Source: Salinispira sp. (GTDB taxonomy: Bacteria > Spirochaetota > Spirochaetia > DSM-27196 > Salinispiraceae). Taken from it: a DNA stretch of 64,000 nt. The stretch covers positions 269,951 through 333,950 of the forward strand of contig CBDDDG010000001.1 of NCBI GenBank assembly GCA_965226555.1, in the 5' to 3' direction. A program made the position numbers and the translations under genes. This document shows, in pieces, positions 51,914 through 61,847 of this stretch; position 1 is the first letter of the stretch, and every line of letters starts with the position of its first letter. The notes under the pieces are model-generated. The model was not told the DNA's origin and ran no database searches. It worked only from the letters and a program-made list of their open reading frames with translations.

Positions 51914-53455
51914 ATGGGGGGCAATACCAGTTACGGGATTCTTAAGCGTATTACTGAAACGCGGCGGGAACGTATTGCGCGGGAAGGTTTCACGCTTGGT
52001 GCTGATGTTCCGTCTCAGAGAAAAACAGGACAGCCGATTGTTCCCTTTTTTCCGGGTCCCATTTGTGAGATTAAGCGCCGAAGTCCTTCGCGGGGAGTAA
52101 TTTCTGGAAACATAGACCCTGTTGTTCATGCCGGACGGTATCGGGAACAGGGAGTCCGTTCTATTTCTGTGCTTACGGAAGAAAATTTTTTTGACGGTAG
52201 TCTTCAGGATCTCATGAATGTTAAGCGTAGTTTTCCTGATCTGTTTCTGCTGCGAAAAGATTTTCTTCTGGAAGAAGAAGATATTGAGATCAGTTACCGA
52301 GCGGGGGCAGATGCGGTACTTCTCATTGCTGCCATACTCAGTTCGGAAAAGCTTGCTTCTCTGTACACGCTGAGCCGTGAATTGGGACTCAGTGCGCTGG
52401 TGGAAATACATAACAGTACGGAATGTGCTGCTGTGCGCGATGCAGGTATTCAGCCTGAACTCATGGGCATTAATGCGCGGAATCTTGATAATTTTCAGGT
52501 TGATCTTCTGGCGCCCCTCCTTCTGCGGAGAGATATACCCTGGCCCTGCAATGTGGTATTTGAATCGGGCATTTTTGCGCCGGAGCAGGTGGGACTGCTC
52601 ATGGCGCATGGCTTCCATTCGGCGCTGGTGGGTGAGGCCGCCGTGCGGCGACCGGATCTGGCAGGCGAACTGGTACAGTCTTTCAGTACATCATCGCCGC
52701 CCTCCAGATCGCCGTCGCCGCCCGCAGCATCATCAGCATCAAAATCATCGCCGCCCTCCAGATCGCCGTCACCGCCCGCAGCATCATCAGCATCTGGAGT
52801 GGAATTCTGGACGGCAATAATGAATCTGAAGGAAACTGCGGTAAAACGTCCAATAGTCAAAATTTGCGGTATTTGCAACAGTGCCGATGCCCGCAGAGCT
52901 GTTGATCTGGGAGCCGATGTTCTGGGACTTGTTTTTGCCGACAGTCCGAGGCGCGCGCCCATGGCTTTGCTGGATGAGCTTGCCGATGTTAATGTATTGA
53001 AGGTTGCCGTATGTACCGACGCTCCCAACGATGAACTCAGAAATGCCTTCATGAAGGGGCTGATTCACGCTTTTCAGTATCATGGTAATGAGAGCCCCCG
53101 TGAATGTCTTGAACGCGGGCTGCCGTTTTACAAGGCTCTCCGAGTGCGGGAAAAAGCCGACCTGTCCATGATAATGAACTATCCCTCGCCTCGTGTTCTT
53201 GTTGATGCCTGGGATGATCGCCATGCGGGGGGCACGGGCAGGCGCCTGAATTCCAAGCTGGCGCGAGCTGCGGCCGCTCATAAGCCGCTCTGGCTGGCCG
53301 GAGGCCTGAACCCGGAAAATGTGGTTTCGGTCATTCAGGATTTACGACCGGAACTTATAGATGTTTCGAGCGGATTGGAATTGGAGCCCGGGAAAAAAGA
53401 TGAAAAAAAGCTTGTGTCCTTTTTTGAGGAGCTGAAAGATGCAGATATATCATAA
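51914..53455 (+). CDS. trpCF: Indole-3-glycerol phosphate synthase / PRA isomerase fusion
   Basis: EIKRRSPSRG, SVLTE and LRKDF, then VKICGI, GGTG, LAGGL.PEN and DVSSG.E; 54-bp duplicated linker at 52690-52794. Confidence 0.92.
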   Translation: MGGNTSYGILKRITETRRERIAREGFTLGADVPSQRKTGQPIVPFFPGPICEIKRRSPSRGVISGNIDPVVHAGRYREQGVRSISVLTEENFFDGSLQDLMNVKRSFPDLFLLRKDFLLEEEDIEISYRAGADAVLLIAAILSSEKLASLYTLSRELGLSALVEIHNSTECAAVRDAGIQPELMGINARNLDNFQVDLLAPLLLRRDIPWPCNVVFESGIFAPEQVGLLMAHGFHSALVGEAAVRRPDLAGELVQSFSTSSPPSRSPSPPAASSASKSSPPSRSPSPPAASSASGVEFWTAIMNLKETAVKRPIVKICGICNSADARRAVDLGADVLGLVFADSPRRAPMALLDELADVNVLKVAVCTDAPNDELRNAFMKGLIHAFQYHGNESPRECLERGLPFYKALRVREKADLSMIMNYPSPRVLVDAWDDRHAGGTGRRLNSKLARAAAAHKPLWLAGGLNPENVVSVIQDLRPELIDVSSGLELEPGKKDEKKLVSFFEELKDADIS

Positions 53456-55667
53456 TTATTTCGGATCATTTGGCGGCCGTTATGTTGCAGAGGTTCTTCG
53501 CGGCGCTCTTGATGATCTTGAAAGCGCCTATATTGATGCCATGAGCGACAATACCTTTCTGGAAGCATTACAAAAGGAGGGAAGGGAATTTATCGGACGC
53601 CCGACTCCTCTGATATGCGCAGAAAATACCACGGGTGAAATTGGCGGCGCGCGGATATATATTAAACAGGAGGGGCTTGCCGCTACTGGAGCCCATAAGA
53701 TTAATAATGCGCTGGGGCAGGCTCTTCTTGCGAAACGGATGGGAAAAAAACGTATTATTGCTGAAACGGGCGCCGGGCAGCATGGCGTAGCGGTAGCTGC
53801 TGTCTGTGCCAGACTCGGACTTCCCTGCCGGGTGTACATGGGTGAGGTTGACATTGCCCGTCAACATCCAAATGTTTTTTCCATGGAACTGTACGGGGCT
53901 GAGGTAGTACCGGTGAGCAGTGGTACCCGCACTCTCAAGGATGCGGTAAATGAGGCCCTGCGCGATTGGGCGGGGAGCTTTGCCGACACACATTACCTCA
54001 TTGGTTCAGCGCTGGGGCCGAGTCCCTTTCCCGATATGGTCAGGGAGTTTCAATCGGTTATCGGTAAAGAATTACAGGAACAGATGAAGGGTATCGGGGA
54101 GCCGGTTGAAGCCCTCATAGCATGCGTGGGCGGGGGGTCGAATGCGCTGGGCTTTTTTGCTCCCTTCCTTGACGCGGAGCGCCCCCGGCTCATTGGGGTT
54201 GAAGCGGGTGGAAGGGGCAATGCTATAGGCGATCATGCTTCCCGTATGAATGGAAAATCGCGGACAGGAATTGTTCAGGGCTACAAAAGTAAATTTCTCC
54301 TAGATAGTGACGGGCAGGTTCAGCACACACATTCAATATCAGCAGGACTGGACTATCCGGGAATTGGTCCGCAGCTTGCTCGGCTTGAAGAGACAGGAAG
54401 GGTAGAGTTTCATTCTGTTCAGGATGATGAGGCACTTCGGGCTATGCAGATATTTGCGCGAAATGAGGGATTAATTTTTGCGCTGGAATCTGCCCACGCT
54501 GCTGCCTACGCGCTGGATTTTGCTTCTTCCCTGCCTCCTGACCGATCGATCATTGTGAACATGTCCGGCCGGGGAGATAAGGATATTTTCATATCAGCAA
54601 AACACATTCAGCCGGAAGCCTGGGCAGAATTTCTGGAACAGGAGTTCCGAGAGATTCGCTGCAACCCCAGCAGCGCCCCCAGCGCGCGCGCCAACCCCAG
54701 CAGCGCCGCCAGCGCGCACGCCAACCCCAGCAGCGCCCCCAACGCGCACCGCCCGGATACCCGCGCCAACCCCAGCAGCGCCGCCAGCGCGCACCGCCCG
54801 GATACCCGCGCCAACCCCAGCGCCGCCAACGCGCACCGCCCGGATACCCCCAACGCGCACGCCAACCCCAGCAGCGCCGCCAGCGCGCACCCCCGCCCTC
54901 GCGAAACGCTGCTGATGGCTCATATGGTTGCCTTTTTTCCCGACAAAAAGAGGAGTTACCGTATTGCCAAGGCTCTCATTGAGGAGGGAGCCCGATATCT
55001 GGAAATACAGTTCCCATTTTCGGATCCCAGCGCCGATGGCCCGCTCATTGAAAAGGCTTGTCACAGAGCACTCAGCCAAGGGTTTACTATAGAAGGCGGA
55101 TTTGACCTTATTTCCGAATTGATGAACGATTTTCCCCAATTAAAAGAGGGAGACACGGAAATTTTTCTCATGACCTATGCCAATATCGTGTTCACCTATG
55201 GATTACGCCGCTTTGTTGAGCAGGCCCATGCTGTCGGCCTGCGGGGGCTTATTGTTCCTGACATGCCCTTCGACAGCGATGAGGGATTGAAAGATATTGC
55301 CGATGAATACGGATTGCGGATAATTCCCGTTGTTTCCTCCAATACCCGGCAGGATCGCATACGAAAAATTCAGAATATGAAAACCGAGTACATATATTGC
55401 GCGCTGCGTACGGGAATAACAGGCGCGCGCACTGAGCTGGGGGAAGAGCACACGGCATTTCTGGATAGGGTTGCTTCGGGAGGGGCAAAAATCCTTGCGG
55501 GCTTTGGTGTCGTTGACCGTGAGCAGGTACTGGCATTAGCCGATCATGTTCATGCGGTGGTGGCGGGTTCGGTATTTTTCCGCGCGAAGCCCGAAGAAGG
55601 AGATGAGAAGCACTGTGAAATGGTTATTCGAAGCCGTGCGCGCGCATTTCTCGGACATAGCGCTTGA
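53439..55667 (+). CDS. trpBA: Tryptophan synthase beta-alpha fusion joined by a ~80-aa repeat linker
   Basis: TGAHKINN, AETGAGQHG, SISAGLDYPG and SGRGDKD (beta); LEIQFPFSDP.ADGP, IVPDMP and G.TG (alpha); no stop between them. Confidence 0.9.
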   Translation: MQIYHNYFGSFGGRYVAEVLRGALDDLESAYIDAMSDNTFLEALQKEGREFIGRPTPLICAENTTGEIGGARIYIKQEGLAATGAHKINNALGQALLAKRMGKKRIIAETGAGQHGVAVAAVCARLGLPCRVYMGEVDIARQHPNVFSMELYGAEVVPVSSGTRTLKDAVNEALRDWAGSFADTHYLIGSALGPSPFPDMVREFQSVIGKELQEQMKGIGEPVEALIACVGGGSNALGFFAPFLDAERPRLIGVEAGGRGNAIGDHASRMNGKSRTGIVQGYKSKFLLDSDGQVQHTHSISAGLDYPGIGPQLARLEETGRVEFHSVQDDEALRAMQIFARNEGLIFALESAHAAAYALDFASSLPPDRSIIVNMSGRGDKDIFISAKHIQPEAWAEFLEQEFREIRCNPSSAPSARANPSSAASAHANPSSAPNAHRPDTRANPSSAASAHRPDTRANPSAANAHRPDTPNAHANPSSAASAHPRPRETLLMAHMVAFFPDKKRSYRIAKALIEEGARYLEIQFPFSDPSADGPLIEKACHRALSQGFTIEGGFDLISELMNDFPQLKEGDTEIFLMTYANIVFTYGLRRFVEQAHAVGLRGLIVPDMPFDSDEGLKDIADEYGLRIIPVVSSNTRQDRIRKIQNMKTEYIYCALRTGITGARTELGEEHTAFLDRVASGGAKILAGFGVVDREQVLALADHVHAVVAGSVFFRAKPEEGDEKHCEMVIRSRARAFLGHSA

Positions 55668-55711
55668 AAAAATCATCATTACATACTAAAGTTGTAGGCG
55701 TAGAGGTGACT

Positions 55712-56038
55712 ATGGATAATGAAATGGAACTTTCAGAAACCAATTTTCATTCTGAGGTACTCAAATCGAAAATACCGGTCCTTGTAGACTTCTGGGCTGA
55801 GTGGTGTATGCCCTGCCGTATGGTTTCTCCTGTTATTGATGCGCTTGCGATAAAGTATGGGGAGAAGATTAAAGTGAGAAAATTGAATGTTGACGAGCAC
55901 AATAAACTTGCCGTGAAATATGGTATAACCAGTATTCCGGCGCTTATCATATTCAAAAAAGGCAAAATATTCAAACGGCATATAGGGGTTGCGTCCAAGA
56001 AAGTTCTGGATTCCTTCATTACTGAGTCGCTGCAATAG
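55712..56038 (+). CDS. trxA: Thioredoxin
   Basis: VLVDFWAEWCMPC and YGI.SIP motifs. Confidence 0.92.
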   Translation: MDNEMELSETNFHSEVLKSKIPVLVDFWAEWCMPCRMVSPVIDALAIKYGEKIKVRKLNVDEHNKLAVKYGITSIPALIIFKKGKIFKRHIGVASKKVLDSFITESLQ

Positions 56039-56098
56039 CCATGGGAAATACGACGTTGCAATAAAAATGCGACGCTGCAATAAACATGAGAACATCAT

Positions 56099-57175
56099 TT
56101 ATTGCTCATGTACTTCCATTGAGTTTACTGCTCCAAAGCTGCTCTGCCCGGTTGGAACAATGTGCCAATCTTCGGGACTATCCGTATCGGAAAAAAGCTG
56201 ATCGCGGTTGATGCTGCGGGTCGATGTTGATGGCTCGGTGCGGATGCAATCTTCCGGCCGTATCATGTCATATTCGGAAACCCAGCCGCCTGCCTCGAAA
56301 ATCTCCTGCATAACCGTCCACGTATAGGTTGTGCCGAAACTGCCGTACTTGTCATCGGGATCATATGAACGATTACTGTATACTGCGGCATCCATGAGGG
56401 GCGCATTCCCTGCGGGAGTATAATACACACTTACCGCCCCGTTTGTATCACTCAGACCCTGGCCGCCGGTTGCCCAGAAATCGCGCGCGCCCGCAATGGC
56501 CTGCGGTGAAAAGGCCGCGTTCAGCACATCATCGGAGGGCGGGCCGTATTCATCAATCTCCCCTGTCTCCTCACTGCTGCCATCCAGCGATCTGAAATGA
56601 ACAATAATAAAATCGCCCTCATTGACCTCCTGCGAAGCAAGCACAATGCTACTCTTGTACTCCGTTGCCGCGCCGTTATATACGGTAATTCCGCCCAAAT
56701 TCCCCCCCTTTTTAACATAAAATTCAACTTTCTCATAACGGCTCGACGAATTTTCATTAATAAATTCAGAAATAACAAGCTCCGCGCTATTGCCGTTAAA
56801 ACCATAAAAGGGAATGAAAAACCACAATTCATTCGAACTCAGATCCTGAACCACTCCCTCAATAATATATTCCTGCCCCGGGTTATCGGCGCCGCTGATA
56901 TACATATGAAGTACGTTTGCATCTATGCTCATATCATCCAAAGAAAATCCCTCATGAGGAATAAAATTGTCCGACTCCCCCTGTATTTCCTGATCAAAGG
57001 TGAGAATGAGGGTATGTTCATCGGGCTGCATAACCTCAATAAGTTCGGGAGCGCTTATATCACGCATGCTTTGTATTCCTCTGAAAAGGGGAATGCAGGA
57101 AAGCGCAAGGCTCAGGGTGAATATGCCGAAAAGCATTTTGCAGTAGGTTTCATATGTTGTTTGTATATGTTTCAT
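56099..57175 (-). CDS. Hypothetical lipoprotein (lamin-tail-like region)
   Basis: AGGAGG RBS before MKHIQ; lipobox LALSC; LVISE...EKVEFY...GNL.G motif. Confidence 0.65.
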   Translation of the reverse strand: MKHIQTTYETYCKMLFGIFTLSLALSCIPLFRGIQSMRDISAPELIEVMQPDEHTLILTFDQEIQGESDNFIPHEGFSLDDMSIDANVLHMYISGADNPGQEYIIEGVVQDLSSNELWFFIPFYGFNGNSAELVISEFINENSSSRYEKVEFYVKKGGNLGGITVYNGAATEYKSSIVLASQEVNEGDFIIVHFRSLDGSSEETGEIDEYGPPSDDVLNAAFSPQAIAGARDFWATGGQGLSDTNGAVSVYYTPAGNAPLMDAAVYSNRSYDPDDKYGSFGTTYTWTVMQEIFEAGGWVSEYDMIRPEDCIRTEPSTSTRSINRDQLFSDTDSPEDWHIVPTGQSSFGAVNSMEVHEQ

Positions 57176-57305
57176 ATCTTCCTCCTGAAAGCAAGACGGA
57201 GAAAATATCAATGGCGCATGAGATATCATGTAAATTTTGTAAAAAAAGTGACAAAGTTTTGCAAAATCCTCTGTTTCTACTATAATGAAGGGACAGGAAA
57301 GTGTT

Positions 57306-57860
57306 ATGAAGATTTGTGTTGATACACAAGCGCCCGCATATGTTCTTATTCTCTCCCTGTTCACGGCCTCCGCCATGGCACTCGGCGCCCAACTGCCGCA
57401 ATTAACCGATGTTCGGGGCTTTCTGCAACATCGGGAAGGGCCCATCGACAGCTTCATAGAGAACCTTGCGGATATCCCGCATATGCACCCCGAAAGTACC
57501 TTTTTGAATCCTCAGGCGGATCCCGACGGCGCCATTTATCGGGCAGATTACCGTTTTGATGAGTCGGAGCTTATCGTGTATTATTTTGAGAATGATATTG
57601 ACGGCTCATATCCATGGCGGGTGCAGACACAGCTCTGCGCGGGACGAACCCTGGGGCTCCTGACTGATATTGATTATCTCGGAATTATGTTTCAGCAGTC
57701 CGATGCAGACTATTTCGTGCTTGTAAAGGATACCGATATGGATATTTGCTCCTTTATTGATACATTCCTGCCGCTGCAGAACTTTTTCAATAGCGGACGC
57801 AGTTCACTGCCTTCGCCGCGCCCGCCGCAATTTCCGGGCGCCCTCGGAAGGCTGCCGTGA
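57306..57860 (+). CDS. Secreted hypothetical protein
   Basis: Signal-like N-terminus; overlaps the next gene (GTGA); upstream TTGCAA-16-TATAAT. Confidence 0.55.
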   Translation: MKICVDTQAPAYVLILSLFTASAMALGAQLPQLTDVRGFLQHREGPIDSFIENLADIPHMHPESTFLNPQADPDGAIYRADYRFDESELIVYYFENDIDGSYPWRVQTQLCAGRTLGLLTDIDYLGIMFQQSDADYFVLVKDTDMDICSFIDTFLPLQNFFNSGRSSLPSPRPPQFPGALGRLP

Positions 57861-58975
57861 AGATATGTATTGTAAAATTGGGAATGTCCGCGCTCCTCAT
57901 TATACTTCCTCCCGCCGTTCTTCAGGGACAGAACCTCGGCATTTCCACTGCGGACCTGCGCATAGAGCAAAGTATTGAAGGCGGATATTATCTCTATCTC
58001 CGCCAGAAAGATGGGGTAGGATCAGTTCTGCTTACCGAATCGACCGAGGACCCGCAGCGGCAGGTAGCAAGCTATGCGCTGCGAAACCCTGAATATCATC
58101 CTGAGAACAGTAAGGAACTCCGCATTCTGAACGATGAGCTTATTGAAAGCAATGGGCTGTATTTTCTTATTGATTCCACACCACTACCAGATGCGCAGTT
58201 TGGGCGGGCCTTTCGGATATTCATTCCGTATCTTGTTCTCTTTGGATATGAATGGAGCCGTTACGGTGAATTGCAGGTTCTTGATGGAACATATCTCAAC
58301 ATCCGTACCTTTGAGCTGCCCTATGCGGATTACCGCGGCGCATTTCAGGATAATCCCTTTATTATCCGAGTGACCCAGCGACCCTCCGCCGGTCCGCCCG
58401 AGGGTAATTTTATGACAGAAACGGTGGAACGTTTTTCCGAAATTGCCGAAGTTACTGCGGGTAAGGTGCTCTATTCCAGCGGTGAGGAAGACATTCTCCC
58501 CAGAATAGCAGACATTCTGTCTGGGGAACGGGGAAATGAACTTGATCTCGTGTTGGTCATTGACAGTACGCAATCCATGAAAAACGATATGGCAGTTCTC
58601 AGAACGCATCTGGCCCGAACCGTGGCTGAGAACAGCCGGAATTTTAATACCATTCGTGTGGGCGCCGTATATTATCGCGATTATCTGGAAGAATATCTCT
58701 ACCGAATTCATGAATTTGCCCCGGGCACAGAGCATCTTGACGATCTGCTGAACCGCATTCAACCTGCGGGCGGGCGCGACATTCCCGAAGCAGTGAACGA
58801 GGCCCTCCATGCCGCCCTCACTGAGTTTGATTGGCGCGCCGAAAACCGAAAAATTATTCTCATTGGCGATGCTCCTCCGCATCCGCGTCCCCGCGGGAGT
58901 GTTACCGCGGAAATAGTTGAGCAGGAAGCCGCAGCCCGCAATGTCGCTGTGCACGTCATTATACTTCCGCATTAA
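57857..58975 (+). CDS. von Willebrand factor A domain protein
   Basis: DLVLVIDSTQSM, GG.D.PEAV and IILIGDAPPH motifs. Confidence 0.85.
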   Translation: MKICIVKLGMSALLIILPPAVLQGQNLGISTADLRIEQSIEGGYYLYLRQKDGVGSVLLTESTEDPQRQVASYALRNPEYHPENSKELRILNDELIESNGLYFLIDSTPLPDAQFGRAFRIFIPYLVLFGYEWSRYGELQVLDGTYLNIRTFELPYADYRGAFQDNPFIIRVTQRPSAGPPEGNFMTETVERFSEIAEVTAGKVLYSSGEEDILPRIADILSGERGNELDLVLVIDSTQSMKNDMAVLRTHLARTVAENSRNFNTIRVGAVYYRDYLEEYLYRIHEFAPGTEHLDDLLNRIQPAGGRDIPEAVNEALHAALTEFDWRAENRKIILIGDAPPHPRPRGSVTAEIVEQEAAARNVAVHVIILPH

Positions 58976-59276
58976 ACACGGCGCGCATGCAAAATGCAAA
59001 AGATATTTCATAATATGACAAAGTTTTGTCTGCGGTTGCGGCATAACAACAGGATAGCTGTGCCCGCGGTACTGCTGCCGGAAATGAGGGGAATACTGAA
59101 AAAAGATGAAAAAAAGAATGAATTTTAGGGTTTTGAGTATGCAAAGGGTGGAAAATGATGTATTCTGAATACTAGGAACCGATGAATAATTTTTTCTGCG
59201 TGGAAAAAAGACTGCCGGCAGATATAATGGAGTTATTCAAAGGTTTTTAATACTTATTTTAGCATGAGGTAAAATT

Positions 59277-61566
59277 ATGCGAACTACGTTATTGAAAAGT
59301 GGGGGGGGGGGTAACCCTCTTCCTCCTATGTGCAATGTTCATTGCGTTGCTTGTCGGATGTCCAATGCCGGAACCGGAACCAATGCCGGAACCAGTGCCC
59401 ATGGACATGGATACATCTCCCCTAATAGGCGTGTGGACCGCGGATAATGAGTTTCATACCATAGAATTCACCGCGACAACGTTCATAGACCGTGTTTCGG
59501 GTTTGACGTGTGATTACACGGATAACGGAAACTCAATTACGCTCAGTAATTGTATGGGATTCGAAGGAGCGGAAAACCGTAATGGGGCAACGGTAGAGTA
59601 TACCATTGATGGAGATACCTTAACATTGGATGGCACTGCCTATACCCGGCAGAATTCAGATGTACCTGAACCAACCGTGCCGGGCACCATGGACGCCCCA
59701 AGCCTTGAAGCGGGGAATGCTCAACTAACGGTTAACTGGACTCCGCCGGAAGAAACCGGCGATAGTGAAATTACCGCGTATGAACTTCGCCATAGCGATG
59801 ATGGCGGGAGCAGCTGGTCGGAGGACATTACTACAGCCGACGCGCCAGCCCTACGCGCTGACATCACGGGACTGATAAACGGCACCACATACGTCGTACA
59901 GGTGCGCGCACGGAACAGCGCGGGCGCAGGAAACTGGTCGGAATCGAGCGCAGAAGCAACACCTATTGGCGTTTCCCTCGCGCCGAATGGGCTCATGCTT
60001 GCAGTGAGTATGCAAACAATTACCGCAACATGGACTGCGCCGACCGATACTGGCGACAGCCCCATTATTCGCTATGAACTGCAACATCACGAAGTTGGAG
60101 CAAGCGAGTGGGAAGCTACTGTTTCCATTCCTGTGAATGCCGACCCCAACCACACCTACACCCACCCCATCACGGAACTGACAAACGGCATCGAGTACGA
60201 TGTGCGGGTCTACGCTGTCAATACAGAGGGCAATGGTAACCCAGCGACTGGCACCGCAACCCCTATTGGGCCTCCTGCCATGCCGAATGCTCCCACGCTC
60301 ACAGTTGGAGACACCCAGCTCACCGCAACATGGACAGCGCCTAACAACGGCGGCAGCCCCATTACCGGGTATGATGTGCAGTATAGTTCAGACAGCGGAA
60401 GCACTTGGACGCCGGCCTCGGGCAACCCTATCAGTGGTACGAGCTACACCATCCCGAACCTGACGAACGACGGTACCTCCTACGATGTACAGGTACGCGC
60501 CCGCAACACGCTGGGCGATAGCGACTGGTCATTATCCGCAACGAGAACATTGCTGCCGCTTGCGGCACGGGTTCCCTTTGGTACATCAACAACATCCGTC
60601 ATTCTTTCGGCTGATATTGATGACGCCGCTGCCAATGCGGAGAATCCAAGCGTTACTGTGGCTGGGGTTACTTCCGGGACATCGGTTACCCCTCCGACAG
60701 TTGACTCAAGTACCGGAGTTATTACGGTTACCGCAACGACAACGGCAGGAACATACAATGTATCTGTCATAGACGGAACCGATGAGAATACACGGGTTAC
60801 CGAAAAGTTTTATGTTACCGTGAGGCCTCAAGATGAAGATAATAAGTATGCCGATGATGCTGGTAGTGATGCCGCAGAAATTCTTGCCGATCTGAAATTG
60901 AAGGTAAATACGGGGATATCAACCTGGGGCAATACTGCCGATCTCAACTACATTATTACCACGGCAGTAACGAAGATGGTCGATATTTTCAACTTCAGCG
61001 AATTCAATGGCGACATCTCACGCTGGGATGTCAGTTCGGTAACGAATATGAACCAGATGTTCAATGCAGCAAGTGAATTCAATGGCGATATTTCGGAATG
61101 GGATGTCAGCAAGGTAACAAATATGTCCTATATGATCGCTGGAGCAACCAGTTTCAATCGGGATATCTCCGGCTGGGATGTCCGCTCGGTAACGAGTATG
61201 TTCGGTATGTTCACTTCAGCAACTAGTTTCAATCACGATATCTCGGGATGGGATGTCAGTAAGGTAACGAATATGTCCTATATGTTCAGTGGAGCAACCA
61301 GTTTCAATCGGGATATCTCGAGATGGGATGTCAGTAAGGTAACGAATATGTCCTATATGTTTGGTGGAGCAAGCGCATTCAATGTCGATCTTAACGACTG
61401 GGCAGTGGATGCGGATGATAACAACTTGACCACTGGCAGCTGGAACAATGGCAGATATACCGGAACCAAAACAAGTATGTTTGCGGGTTCTGGCTTAGAT
61501 TCGGGTGATACAACGGATCCGGAGACTACTGTGACCCAACCGAATTATCCATCATGGTATTGGTAG
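59277..61566 (+). CDS. Surface lipoprotein: lipocalin-like domain, 3 Fn3 and BspA/DUF285 repeats; frameshifted at a G11 tract as assembled
   Basis: GAGGT RBS and ATG 59277 are out of frame with the main ORF (59299-61566) unless the G tract is 10 or 13; lipobox LLVGC; C-terminus QPNYPSWY shared with 4665-6788. Confidence 0.85.
59301..59311 (+). repeat. Poly-G (G11) tract in signal-peptide coding region
   Basis: AAAAGT-GGGGGGGGGGG-TAACC. Confidence 0.9.
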
Positions 61567-61710
61567 TTTCATAGCCCGCAGGAGCTATTGAAAAATGGCA
61601 ATTCAACTCAGGCAGGCGCGGATTTTCCCCGGACGCATGGCGAGCAGGAGGCGCAAGCCTCCGACCAGCCCCGTGCCTGCCTTTTTTCGATTGCTCGCCC
61701 ATGCGACGGG
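61566..61710 (+). repeat. Conserved structured 3' element (full copy)
   Basis: Shared with 6794-6891; several long complementary segments. Confidence 0.75.
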
Positions 61711-61722
61711 ATCAGGCTAATA

Positions 61723-61847
61723 GAAACTTTTGCATAAAGCAAAAGTTTCCGATCTGGAATGCTTTCTTTGTGCTTAGCATTCTCCTATTTTATAGAAGTT
61801 TTGCTACTGGAAATTGTGCAAGCACAATTTTCCAATGCAAAACTTTG
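61723..61847. mobile_element. Composite palindromic element (125 bp) with TAATA TSD
   Basis: TAATA-gaaacttttgc...gcaaaactttg-TAATA; homologous to 62296-62421 and 63299-63425. Confidence 0.88.

Noticed and set aside
57176..57457. 452-aa version of the minus-strand lipoprotein ORF
   Set aside because: It overlaps the divergent gene; the AGGAGG RBS and lipobox support the start at 57175.
1502..59044. Numerous long antisense or alternate-frame ORFs (e.g. 1502-2182, 7273-8019, 21768-22646, 51806-52618, 58184-59044)
   Set aside because: They are shadows of well-supported genes with no recognisable motifs or RBS.
60990..61390. Diversity-generating retroelement acting on BspA repeats
   Set aside because: There is no reverse transcriptase and no template/variable pair with adenine-specific differences visible.
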